Below the pieces are notes generated by a model. The model saw only the letters and a list, made by a program, of their open reading frames with translations. It did not search any database and was not told where the DNA came from. A DNA stretch of 41,792 bases, taken from positions 30,876,175 to 30,917,966 of the forward strand of contig NC_068990.1 of the NCBI RefSeq assembly GCF_001194135.2, in the 5' to 3' direction. This document shows positions 1 through 10,893 of the stretch, one piece after another. Source of the DNA: Octopus bimaculoides. Lineage: Eukaryota. How positions within the stretch are numbered: position 1 is the first letter of the stretch; every line of letters begins with the position of its first letter. Made by a program: the position numbers and the translations under genes.

Positions 1-924
1 ACACACACACACACACACACAGAGTATTTAATAACAATTGGACTCGACTCTCTGCAACTCGAAGTTTCCTAGGCTCGCGCGCGTGTGTGTGTCTAATATC
101 ACTCAGCTTACATCTGTATCTCTCCATATATCTATGTAGCCATTCTCTGCTCTTACTCTACGTCGTCGTATGCTGCCTTGCAAGTACACTCGACAGCTGT
201 CATATCTGAATGCAATGTCTCTTTCCTTTCATATTCCGGTAATAGATTTTGTCGATGTATTTACCTTTCAACGTCTAACGGCAGCCCGTGAAAAAGGGCC
301 ATGTGGAACAATTAGCAGACGTTATTATTGCCAGGAATGTCACAAGAGAATCCAAAAACCAAGTCATCTGCGATGAACAACGCTAATAATAGAATACATA
401 CCTGCACTATTATCACTTCATCATAGTTTTGAACACCAAATGTCTTCAGTGCAAACCTTCCACCAAAGATGTTCCAGAAATGACCATCTTATCAGCATTT
501 CTCAGTTATTGTATATCTAACACTGCATTACCCTAATATTAAAAAAAAACTATACGGCGTGATTTGGCTGCTATTTCTAGCACACCAAGAGAGTACATAG
601 AGACTATTGGCTCGTGTTTAACTCTTTAATGCCTGTGTGTTTCCGATAACTATAAATCGCGCGTGGATCTGTTATGTATTCTTTTGTTGACTCCAGCGTT
701 TGCCATTCTTTCAGTTACTTCCCTTCTTCATATAGAAATAGATTTCCGTCTCTTACGACGATGAATTTCTCAGTTGTTCAGTCAAACTGAAGTACCGTGT
801 ACCTTTCAAGTAATTTCCTGGCAGGATCAACGTGACACGGCCTTTGGTGAGGATGACGCTTTGATTTAGGGGTAGAGTTCATCGGATAGACTTCCGGTCC
901 CTTTCTATCTCATTTTATTCCCAA

Positions 925-1035
925 GACTTGAGTCAACTCGAAGCTTTGGTGAAAGACACCAATCCAAGGTGCCACTCGGTAAGATCGAACCTGTGACCTC
1001 ATGACTACCAAACGACTTCCGCCATACAAGCATCC
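925..1035 (-). mobile_element. tRNA-derived SINE head fragment (family B)
   Basis: Minus strand has a B-box-like GGTTCGATCTT followed by a GTGGCACCTTGG segment resembling the other family-B copies. Confidence 0.55.
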
Positions 1036-1073
1036 ACTGTATATCTATATTCCCACAAATATGTGTGTCAGTG

Positions 1074-1357
1074 GGTGAAGGCACGTGGCTTAGTTGTTAG
1101 GGATTTTCGGCTCGCGATAGTAAAGTCGTGGTTTCGACACCCGGTGGCGCGTTGCGTCCTTGAGCAAGACACTTTATATCACATTGCTCCACTCCATTCA
1201 GCTCGCAAAAACGAGTTGTACATGTAAAACAAAGGGGGCCAGCTTTTTCACATTCTGTGTCTCAATCTGAATCTCCCTGACAACTATGTACGCGTGCAGG
1301 CTGTTCTGTTGATCGGATCATCTGGAATACACGTCATCCTAACCGACGGAGAACCAG
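1074..1357 (+). mobile_element. tRNA-derived SINE (family B), CpG-rich copy
   Basis: A-box TGGCTTAGTTG, B-box-like GTTTCGACACC and the GCGTCCTTGAGCAAGACACTT motif; 3' part (GCAGGCTGTTC..GATC..CTGGAA..GACGGAGAACC) is shared with 9701-9935. Confidence 0.8.
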
Positions 1358-1362
1358 TTTGT

Positions 1363-1526
1363 CAGTGTCGTGGCCCGAGTTATGAGGCGATGGGGTGCGG
1401 CCCACCCTGAGTGGCACTTTTATGGGGGAAGCAATTTTGGGTCAGCGGTCTTTCTAGTGAGTGGGGCCCGAGGTGGGGGGAACACAAGGACTAACCCGGG
1501 TAGCACACATTCTAGCTACACCACTG
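1363..1526. mobile_element. GC-rich MITE with imperfect 12-bp TIRs
   Basis: Starts CAGTGTCGTGGC and ends GCTACACCACTG (9/12 inverted match); non-coding interior; no clear long TSD. Confidence 0.5.
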
Positions 1527-1881
1527 GTGTGTATGAATGTGTGTAGAGGAGGTCAGGAGCCATAAGGATGAGGTCTTGGATCCGGAGAGCCAAGGAGGAG
1601 GGCTCTAAATAGTTTCTGCTGATAAACTGACAATTCTTTGCAGTAGTGTAACTCCCAGAGAAACCTGACTAAAGCACCTAATTGATAATAAGTGTCATTT
1701 AGAAGATAGTTTTTGCTGTATTGATTGCGATTTTGATAAATCATCAATCAGGTCATTCATACGAAGAACTGTCAAACTGTTAACAATTTCAAAGAAATCA
1801 ACTTCAGACAATTTCTTAGTAGAATGACCAATAACAACCCCAGTCTGCAGCTACCCGGACGAATTACTTAGTTTTCTAATG

Positions 1882-2085
1882 TTCTTTTCTATTCTAGGGA
1901 CAAAGCCCGAAATTTTGGGGGATGGGGCCAGTCGATTAGAACAACCCCAGTACGAAACTGGTACTGAATTTATCGACCCCAAAAAGATGAAAGGAAAAGT
2001 AGACCTCGGTGGAATTTGAACTCAGAACGAAATACCGCTAAGCATGTGACCCGGCGTGCTAACGTTTCTGCCAGCTCGACGCCTT
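1882..2085 (-). mobile_element. tRNA-derived SINE (family A) with approx. 13-bp TSD
   Basis: Minus strand reads AAGGCG.CGAGCTGGCAGAAACGTTAGCACG..GAGTTCAAATTCC..GGGGTCGATAAATT..GTACCAGTT; flanks are TTAGTTTTCTAAT (1868-1880) and TTAGTTCTCTAAT (2086-2098). Confidence 0.9.
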
Positions 2086-3459
2086 TTAGTTCTCTAATAT
2101 TATTTCTTAAAAGATTTTGATTTCCAATCTATCACACCTTTACCATTTGCACTGTCACAGGCAGGCTTTGGTTGCAACAATTTAACAGTCTGGAGTGAGA
2201 GTCTGAAAAAAGTTTACCAGGTTCCGTGACTATTTATAGCTGTGTAATACAATGGAATAAGTTTATGTAATTTCGAAAAAAACGTCAACTGTATTTGATG
2301 GCATATAAGACACCCGGGTATTTTAGACGCAGCCCAATTTCAGCTGCGGATATTCAGGAGGGAAAATGTTTTTAGTGCATTAGAGTTTATGGGAGGTCCA
2401 CATAGAGGACTCGGGGTCGATCTTAGACATTTGTGGGGTAAGGAAGTATGTCTTCTTTTCTATCAAATTCGGTGCCGAGAATTATACTAGCACAGAATTG
2501 TGCAAGAACATAAAGTTCTACGTTTTAATATAAATTATTTTTATAGATATTTTTATTGTACAGAATCCTAGAGATTCATGGAAACGGTTTATGGATATAT
2601 TTCCATGTTGAATTAATTTGTTAGTGTTTGACAAATGCAATACACGAATGAGCCTGTAATCAGTGAAAATGTTGATTCCCAACTCATTAATTTTTGCCAT
2701 TATCAGAAGAAAGAGTAAGAGGACCAGTAAACAAAACATAGACTCACTTTAGAAATACATCCAGGTTGAATGAGTGAAGATGTCTTTGATTGTGGAAGAG
2801 AAAAGGTGTTGTCACCAGACCAAGAAAACAGTACCCTTCTTTTCAACAAAGAACAACTTTTAACTAAACACGAGGCACAACAGAAGCAGGTTCTCCAAGT
2901 TTTGATGTTTACTGTTACAAATTGTTCGACTTAATCCTATAAATCTTCCTTATTCAATTTAGTGGGTCCTACAAATTGAATAGATTGAGTTGTATATTAT
3001 ATTTGGTTGATTTCAAATAGATCGTCTGTTGGAAGGTGTATTCCAGTATTAAAGTAATCTTTTCTTGTAAACCTGCTCCTGATTGAACATCTTCAAAATT
3101 GAACAGAATCACTTCATTGACTTTCTTCAGCTGGTTCAGTTTCAAAATTATAAACTTCAACTAATTAAATCGTAAAGGAAATCATTGATTTTCGTGAGTT
3201 TTTGAAAACATGTCAAAACAAAACCTCACACAAATTCCAAGGAGTTATTTCAGATAAGATATTTGTAGCTGTTTTGAAACATCAAAAAATTGTACAATCT
3301 TGTATAATGTCTTCTGGAATATCATGGCCAGCATGTAGGAATATAATCTCTAATCTTCAAGGCAAAACATTGGGATTGCTAAATATGGAATCTTTGAAAT
3401 ACCACATTCATTATGTTACAGCCTTATTACAATCAGAACAGTTTGATGGTCTATCCTAG

Positions 3460-4125
3460 ATGTCTAGGCATCTTTCTTGGTCTAGTCCTTCTATTTGGTC
3501 TAATCCTCTTATCTAGTCTAGCTCTCCTACCTAGTCTAGCCCTGGTGTCTAGTATAGTCCACCTGCCTGGCCAAGTTTGGTCATCATTCTTGGTCTGTCC
3601 TTTCTACCTGCTCTAGTCCTCCTATCTAGTCTGGCCCTCCTGCCTGGTCTAGCCCTGATGTCTAATCTAGCCCTCCTGCCTGGTGATGCCCTGCTGTCTA
3701 GCCTAGCCCCCCTGCCTGGTCTAGCCATCCTTGGTCTAGTCCTCCTGTTTAGTCTAGCCCTGGTCTCTAGTCTAGCCATCCTTCTTTGTTTAGTCCTCCT
3801 ACCTGGTGATGCCTTGCTGTCTAGCCTAGCTCTCCTGCATGGTGTAACCCTGCTTCTTGGTATAGGCATCCCTCATTATCTAGGCCTCCTGCCTGGTCTA
3901 GTCTTGCTCTCTAGTCTAGCCATCCTACCTGGTCTAGCCCTACTGTCTCGCCTAGCCTTCCTGCCTGGTGTGGCCCTAATGCCAGTCTAGCCATCCTTTT
4001 TGTCTAGCTCTCCTGGTCTGGTCAAGCCCTGCTGTCTAGTTTGTCTAGTCTGGTGTTGCCCTCCAGCCTCGTGTAGCTCTGATATCTAATCTAGGATTCC
4101 TTTTTGGTTTAGCCCTACAGCCTGC
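3460..4125. repeat. 18-bp-period minisatellite (CTAGCCCTCCTGCCTGGT-like units)
   Basis: Successive 18-nt units such as CTAGCCCTCCTGCCTGGT, GATGCCCTGCTGTCTAGC and CTAGTCCTCCTGTTTAGT; these generate the Leu-rich (+) and Arg-rich (-) repeat ORFs. Confidence 0.9.
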
Positions 4126-4139
4126 TCATTAAAATTATT

Positions 4140-4249
4140 ATATTTACATCCTCGAAAATATATGTTAATACAATGTTATCAAGGCTATCCAAAATTTTGG
4201 GTAGCCTTGATAACGTTGTCTTAACATATATTTTCGAGGATATAAATAT
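4140..4249. repeat. 110-bp spacerless palindrome (possible palindromic MITE)
   Basis: 51 of 55 positions are Watson-Crick complementary about the AAAA|TTTT centre at 4194/4195. Confidence 0.9.
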
Positions 4250-4304
4250 TAATTTTCATATTTTCTATATACATAATACATAATACATACAAACATACAT
4301 TCAT

Positions 4305-4365
<61 letters not shown>

Positions 4366-4847
4366 NNNNNNNNNNNNNNNNNNNNNNNNNNNNNNNNNNN
4401 NNNNNNNNNNNNNNNNNNNNNNNNNNNNNNNNNNNNNNNNNNNNNNNNNNNNNNNNNNNNNNNNNNNNNNNNNNNNNNNNNNNNNNNNNNNNNNNNNNNN
4501 NNNNNNNNNNNNNNNNNNNNNNNNNNNNNNNNNNNNNNNNNNNNNNNNNNNNNNNNNNNNNNNNNNNNNNNNNNNNNNNNNNNNNNNNNNNNNNNNNNNN
4601 NNNNNNNNNNNNNNNNNNNNNNNNNNNNNNNNNNNNNNNNNNNNNNNNNNNNNNNNNNNNNNNNNNNNNNNNNNNNNNNNNNNNNNNNNNNNNNNNNNNN
4701 NNNNNNNNNNNNNNNNNNNNNNNNNNNNNNNNNNNNNNNNNNNNNNNNNNNNNNNNNNNNNNNNNNNNNNNNNNNNNNNNNNNNNNNNNNNNNNNNNNNN
4801 NNNNNNNNNNNNNNNNNNNNNNNNNNNNNNNNNNNNNNNNNNNNNNN
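4366..4847. other. Assembly gap flanked by (TA)n
   Basis: N-run. Other gaps: 6303-6400, 7767-8159, 13432-13827, 16549-17089, 22675-22972, approx. 32176-32536, 34815-35316, 36750-36939; each adjoins or lies close to a (TA)n, (CA)n or (ATT)n tract. Confidence 0.95.
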
Positions 4848-5365
4848 ATATATATATATATATTCGTAAATAGACAGACAGACAAAAGACAGATCGATAA
4901 ATAGAAATTTGTTGGATGTGTGGTACTTTTCTGATATTCCCATTTCCATGGCCACAACCACGACGACCGCAATGCGATTGGAATTCATAAAGATAAACAG
5001 GAGAGAGAAAGGAAAGAAAGAATCTAACAAAGTGCAGGTGTGATATCGAGGGGTGGGGTTGGGGTGGAAATGGTGAGAAGAGAATGGACTGGAAACAGAT
5101 AAAACCAAAAGAAGGAGTCGTTTCCTCTGTCAGCCATTTGTGATTGTAAACAAAACGGCGCCATGCCAACGGCAACATGGTGCCTGTCACCGATAATGCT
5201 AACCTCGTCCCAACAATATCTCAAACCTCACAGCATTCTATTTAGTTGCTTTTTAACCTTTCTCTTGCATCTTTTCTTCTTCGCTTATCTTCTTTCTTTT
5301 CTTCCGATAGATCCATCCGCCAAATTTATTCATTCTGCTACTTTCATTCTCGCTTTGTTTATATT

Positions 5366-5405
<40 letters not shown>

Positions 5406-5407
5406 AT

Positions 5408-6217
5408 ATGACGAGGAAAGGTCAATTTGTCAGAAAAAGCAAAAGAAAATCACTACATCAAATCTAAAAGGCTCTTAAACAAACTGAAAAATCCAGCAGA
5501 AGATTTGATTTAGTTTTTCTCAAACAAGAAAAACTTCGACAAAGATCAAAAAGTCAACAGAAGAAATGACAGATCGTTATGTGCAGACTCTTCTGAAGTT
5601 CCAAGTGTTATGCATGCAAAATTTCCTACAACTGTCATGGTTTTAGAGATTGTCAGCAATGAAGGACATGTGATGCCTCCTTACATCTTTCCACAAGTCC
5701 TTAGTGTTAACTCTGCCGCCTACATTGAGGTCCTGGAAATTATTTTTAAGCCATGCATAGACAGTGTATGCAATGGAAGGCCATATGTGTTTCAGTAAGA
5801 CTCTGAACTATCACACATGGCTCTCGTAACACAGGAATGGATGGCTGAAAATTTTCATGATCACTTAACCCCTAACATTTGGCCTACTAATTCCTCATAT
5901 CTCAATGAGGACTATTACATGTGGGGCACTGTTGAGAGAGAGGTCAATGAACACGCCCATAACACCAAAGATTCTTTGAAAATTGCCATAGTCAGAGTAA
6001 TGTCCAAAATGAACCAGGGATTCGAGCATGTAGATGATTTAGATCTCATATAGAAGCAGTTGTTGAAGTTGAAGGTGGCTTTATTGAATAACATTATAGA
6101 AAAGAAGGTTTATTTTTATCCTCATAACATATTTTGGTAAATAAAGTTATTATCTGTTATTATATATCTGTTTTTTTTTTATAAACATAAACCTGTCCTC
6201 AAATATTTTACGCAGCC

Positions 6218-6221
<4 letters not shown>
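5408..6221 (+). mobile_element. 5'-truncated Tc1/mariner transposon, maT (DD37D)-type, with decayed transposase and right TIR
   Basis: Decayed frames give ..FSNKKNFDKDQKVNRRNDR.., TVMVLEIVSNEGHVMPP, RPYVFQ*DS..H and WPTNSSYLNEDYYMWG (36 residues between the 2nd and 3rd D, i.e. DD37D minus one codon); ends TCCTCAAATATTTTACGCAGCCGG followed by TA. Confidence 0.85.
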
Positions 6222-6255
<34 letters not shown>

Positions 6256-6262
6256 AGTGTGT

Positions 6263-6302
<40 letters not shown>

Positions 6303-6400
6303 NNNNNNNNNNNNNNNNNNNNNNNNNNNNNNNNNNNNNNNNNNNNNNNNNNNNNNNNNNNNNNNNNNNNNNNNNNNNNNNNNNNNNNNNNNNNNNNNNN

Positions 6401-6640
6401 TGATAGACCAGCAGTCACCCCCACCTCTCCACGTCACGAATGTTATCCAAGGGAAAGGCAAAGGGGCCGATATGGCTTGGCACCAGTGACGTCGCAACTC
6501 ACTTCTATAAATTGGGTCAACTGAAGCCATGTGGAATAAAGTGTTTTGTTCAAGAACACAACACACAGCCCGGTCTATGAATCGAACTCACTACCTCATG
6601 ATTGTGAGCCCGACGCTCTAACCACTGAGCCATGCTCCTT
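6401..6640 (-). mobile_element. tRNA-derived SINE (family B-related)
   Basis: Minus strand has A-box TGGCTCAGTGG, B-box GAGTTCGATTC and a GTGTTCTTGAACAAAACACTT motif. Confidence 0.8.
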
Positions 6641-7724
6641 CGTACGCACACGCACACACACGCACGTACACGCACACACACACACACACATATCAGTCAT
6701 TTATGAGGTATCAGATGCGTGCTACTGGTAACATGGAATCCAGTAGAGCCTGTTGCTTAGTCGGGTCGTCGGTGTCTAGACAATAGGCTTGCCTGGTGAG
6801 GAGGCTTCCTAGAAACCCATCAGGTCTAAAAACAAAAGGATCGGTGAACCTAGTGTTCGTTAAACGACTAACTAGCAATAGCACGGACCCCCAGTTGGTG
6901 TTCGGCGTTCCAGGTTGGTGTCCGGCGTGCTAGAAGACCACAAGGAGTGAGGCACCACTCGGCTTTTGTTAAAGTAAATCTTTAGGAGAAGGTCACTTTG
7001 GTATAAAACCGGATTTGCAGGGAATGGCATTGGACATTTTGGGGATCTTTTGCTTGCGCTTCCTGAGCCTGTGACCCCTATTGGCAATAGATACTTTGCC
7101 CTGAACTATCTCCGGATCATGTCAGTAGGCCAGAGAGGGTCAGTGAGGCGTTTGGTAAGCCGTATTGGACTTAAAACTTTAGGTTGTCCAATCGGTGGCG
7201 TGGCGAATTTCCGATGTCCGGTCATTAAGGGAGGACGCAACAGTGAGCATGGAAGCCACGGGTTCGAACTCGGGTGAAGTCGACTGCTGGTGCAATAACC
7301 TCATGTATGGCCACCACTAGCATTTTGCATGAGCAATGGTCAGTGATGGTCTTCCTCGGTTACGAGTGAACGCCCATCATTATGTGTGTATGTATGTGTG
7401 TGTTTGAGTGTGTTTGTATGTGCGTATGTGTTTGTGTTTCACTCATATCTGGGCAGAATCATTTGTATGAAACTGTTTCAATTCTATCGAAAGAGTTTTG
7501 TGACGATGTCATTATGTTTAGTGACAGCAACACAGACACGACACATTGTCTTGTTACTATGTTGAAAATCTGGTGCACACACACACGCACATGTGTGTGT
7601 GTGTGTGTGTAACTGTGCATTAGTTAATGCATTTAGATATGTGTATGTATGATTGTCTGTATGTCTGTATGCATATTCATGCCTATGTATATGTATGTCT
7701 GTATATGTGTGCGTATGTACGTAC

Positions 7725-7766
<42 letters not shown>

Positions 7767-9055
7767 NNNNNNNNNNNNNNNNNNNNNNNNNNNNNNNNNN
7801 NNNNNNNNNNNNNNNNNNNNNNNNNNNNNNNNNNNNNNNNNNNNNNNNNNNNNNNNNNNNNNNNNNNNNNNNNNNNNNNNNNNNNNNNNNNNNNNNNNNN
7901 NNNNNNNNNNNNNNNNNNNNNNNNNNNNNNNNNNNNNNNNNNNNNNNNNNNNNNNNNNNNNNNNNNNNNNNNNNNNNNNNNNNNNNNNNNNNNNNNNNNN
8001 NNNNNNNNNNNNNNNNNNNNNNNNNNNNNNNNNNNNNNNNNNNNNNNNNNNNNNNNNNNNNNNNNNNNNNNNNNNNNNNNNNNNNNNNNNNNNNNNNNNN
8101 NNNNNNNNNNNNNNNNNNNNNNNNNNNNNNNNNNNNNNNNNNNNNNNNNNNNNNNNNNNATTCCTGTCAGTGATAGCGTTTCATTATTGATACAGTTTAT
8201 TGTTAGACTATTGATTATTGATCTGTGATCATATGTGATCTAGATAACTGAGACAAACCTCCTGTGATGGGGAGGGAACCAGACGAGAGAGAGTATTGTA
8301 TATACATACGTTGGTCTGTCTGTATTTTTGTACATACATGCACACACATACACACCTACTTACACACACACACATACATACATACATGCCTACATAAATA
8401 CATACATACATTACATACATACATCATACATACGTATATACAAACATACATACATATACATACGTACATACATCATACATACATATACTTCTTCATACAC
8501 ACATAGATATAGACATACACATCCAAGCACATTCACACCTATATACATAAACATACATTTTAAACAATTCCTAATGCGTTTCTGTAAGTCACAGATCTTT
8601 GTTTCTTGTCATCAAAGATCGATATTTTTTTTCATGTGTTGTTTTTGTTTAAACTCTGATCAAGTCAACCCACGATTAAAGACGTTACTACCATGACCGT
8701 CTCTCCTTTGTTTTCTGATATACTTCGTCTATGATCACATTATCCAGTGTAATCCTTAAACAGGTCTTTCTTGAGTCGATATTGTCTGGAGAGAAAGCAA
8801 ATTCACCGTTAGTTCTTCCGCTGAGCTTCAATCTTTCTGTCTGTCTGTCCTTCTTGTGCTCACTAATCCGATTCCTAAAGTAGTACTTCTCAAGCTACTC
8901 CAGCGCCCCCTTTCATCGAGTGGTCTTCTACAAGAGTTCCCTTCCAATGTTTTGCAAAAACAGCATACAAAACAAAAACAGTTGATTATTTCAATTAAAC
9001 ATACTAATGACGTGCAGCAGTTAATTATCCGTATTTTCTTGGGATGTTTCATCCA

Positions 9056-9200
9056 CGGAGAAACCACGTGGCCTAGTGGTCAGTGTGTTCGTCGGTTCAA
9101 TTCCTGAACCAGCATACGCATTGTGTCCTTGAGCAATGCACTTCATTTCATGTTGCTCGGGTCTATTCAGCTATAAACGACTACCAGCTGAGTGCAGGTA
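9056..9200 (+). mobile_element. Internally deleted family-B SINE followed by (GTCT)n/(CT)n
   Basis: A-box TGGCCTAGTGG joined almost directly to B-box GGTTCAATTCC, then GTGTCCTTGAGCAATGCACTTC. Confidence 0.75.
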
Positions 9201-9204
9201 GTCG

Positions 9205-9291
<87 letters not shown>

Positions 9292-9511
9292 TTCCCTCTC
9301 TAGCTGTCATATCGTGGATATACTGCTGGGTCAAGGGTGACGGGATTGAGTGAATGTCTACTTGCGACTACACAGGCCCTTACAACATTCAGTGAAAACA
9401 GGATGTGTCACCAAACCAATGACGGTGGACTTCACTCTAACTTTTTTTCATCCTGTAACTTTTTCACTTATTTGAATGGACTTAACGCTCCTTACGCGAA
9501 ATTTTTATTGT

Positions 9512-9700
9512 AAATTACTTAAGAAGGCCAGGACTTCTATAATGAAACCGTACTGGACCTTGCTGCACCACCAAAGTCATGTTTTCGACTCTCTCACAAC
9601 ACAATGTTCCCCTACATATAAACGTTTGTGTGGATTAGTGTCCTCTTTGTGAAATTACTTAAGAAGCTGCGGACTTCTATAATCAAATCATACTGGACCT
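9512..9700 (+). repeat. Two 49-bp direct repeats 140 bp apart
   Basis: 9512-9560 vs 9652-9700, 42/49 identical (AAATTACTTAAGAAG....GGACTTCTATAAT.AAA.C.TACTGGACCT). Confidence 0.85.
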
Positions 9701-9935
9701 AGTAAAGGGTCGTGGCTTAGTTGTTGCAGGATTCAGCTTACAATCGTGCTTGTATTTCAAAAGGTCGGCCTTGTCATATTCTATGTCCTGCTGTGTCTCC
9801 TTTGAGAACTATGTTAAGGGTACGCATGTCTGTGGAATGCTCGGCCACTTGCACATTAATTTCACGAGCAGGCTGTTCCGTTGATTGGATCAACTGGAAC
9901 ACTGGTCGTCTAAAACTGACGGAGAACCGTTGTTG
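9701..9935 (+). mobile_element. Family-B SINE with large internal deletion
   Basis: GTGGCTTAGTTG A-box; 3' body homologous to the 1074-1357 copy. Confidence 0.7.
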
Positions 9936-10299
9936 GACCTTGCTACATCGCCTTAATCATGGTTCTGTTCACTAATAACAATGTCATATTCTTCCGACTG
10001 ATAACCCAGATGCTCAAGAATCAGATCGGTTTCATGGTTGATTACTCAGGATATGTTCACTTCTCTTTCCCGTGATGCCGAACACAACAGGAAGACGAAG
10101 TGCGGAAGGGCAGTTGTTAAACTACGAATAGAAATGTATTTAGGCATTGTTAGAGTCTGGGGTGGAGGGACATAATAAGGGTCCAGCATTTACTCGTCTT
10201 GTCAGGAAATAATTGAAGAAATTTAAAATCGAAAGTAGAGAATCTCTGTCCTGGAAACATTACTTTCATGTTGTGGTAGCTTTTAATGTTCGCGTCAGT

Positions 10300-10378
10300 T
10301 ATTCTTTTATTCTCTCACTTGCTTTAGTCACGTGACTGCGGCCATGCTGGAGCACCGCCTTGATAGGTTTTAAGCAAA
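10300..10378 (-). mobile_element. SINE 3' fragment (family C)
   Basis: GACTGCGGCCATGCTGGAGCACCGCCTT is homologous to 15517-15544. Confidence 0.6.
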
Positions 10379-10893
10379 GAGAGACAAGACATCTAATAAC
10401 GTTTGAATTATATCATTTTGTTTCCCTTTTTTTGGTCAGTTTAGTATTAAAGAAGACCAACGTAAAGTGTAATTACACTGGTCAACAAGTAATTTTCATC
10501 AAGCGTATGCCAAGGTGGACTTAGTGCAGTTTTTAATGCTGATTTCAAATACATACTTAGTTTTTTGACATCACGTACAATTTTTAAGATGAGAAAATTG
10601 TTTTGGTTTCAACTCATGTATTAGACATTCCAATTAATGACGTGTATGCATGTATTTCATTTACATCATGGAAACACACCTTTAAAATAAACTACATTAG
10701 TCATTGCTGCATAGTTCAGATGCAATATTTAATCATCTTAAATTAACCAATCAAGTTTTCTCTGATGAAATAGGTATTTCAACATCTTAAATTGTCCAGT
10801 CATAATTGGTCTGATGAAATAGTTCATCATCTCAAATTCAATATAAGTACAACCGTTTGTATCTCTTTCCTTATTTGTTTTACAGTGTTAACA

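Noticed and set aside
170-376. YYCQECHKRIQKPSHLR resembles half a C2H2 zinc finger
   Set aside because: No conserved Phe, a stop where the His pair should follow, and no neighbouring fingers or TGEKP linker.
2288-2390. pogo/Tigger-like terminus (ACTGTATTTGATGGCATATAAGACAC)
   Set aside because: Single short resemblance, with no partner TIR or transposase found.
8686-8892. About 68-codon open frame on minus (LEKYYFRNRISEHKK..ERRSW*)
   Set aside because: No start codon or good acceptor, contains a (GACA)n tract, and no recognisable domain; compatible with chance.
9512-9700. CRISPR-like repeat-spacer
   Set aside because: Only two imperfect repeats, a 91-bp spacer, eukaryotic context and no cas genes.
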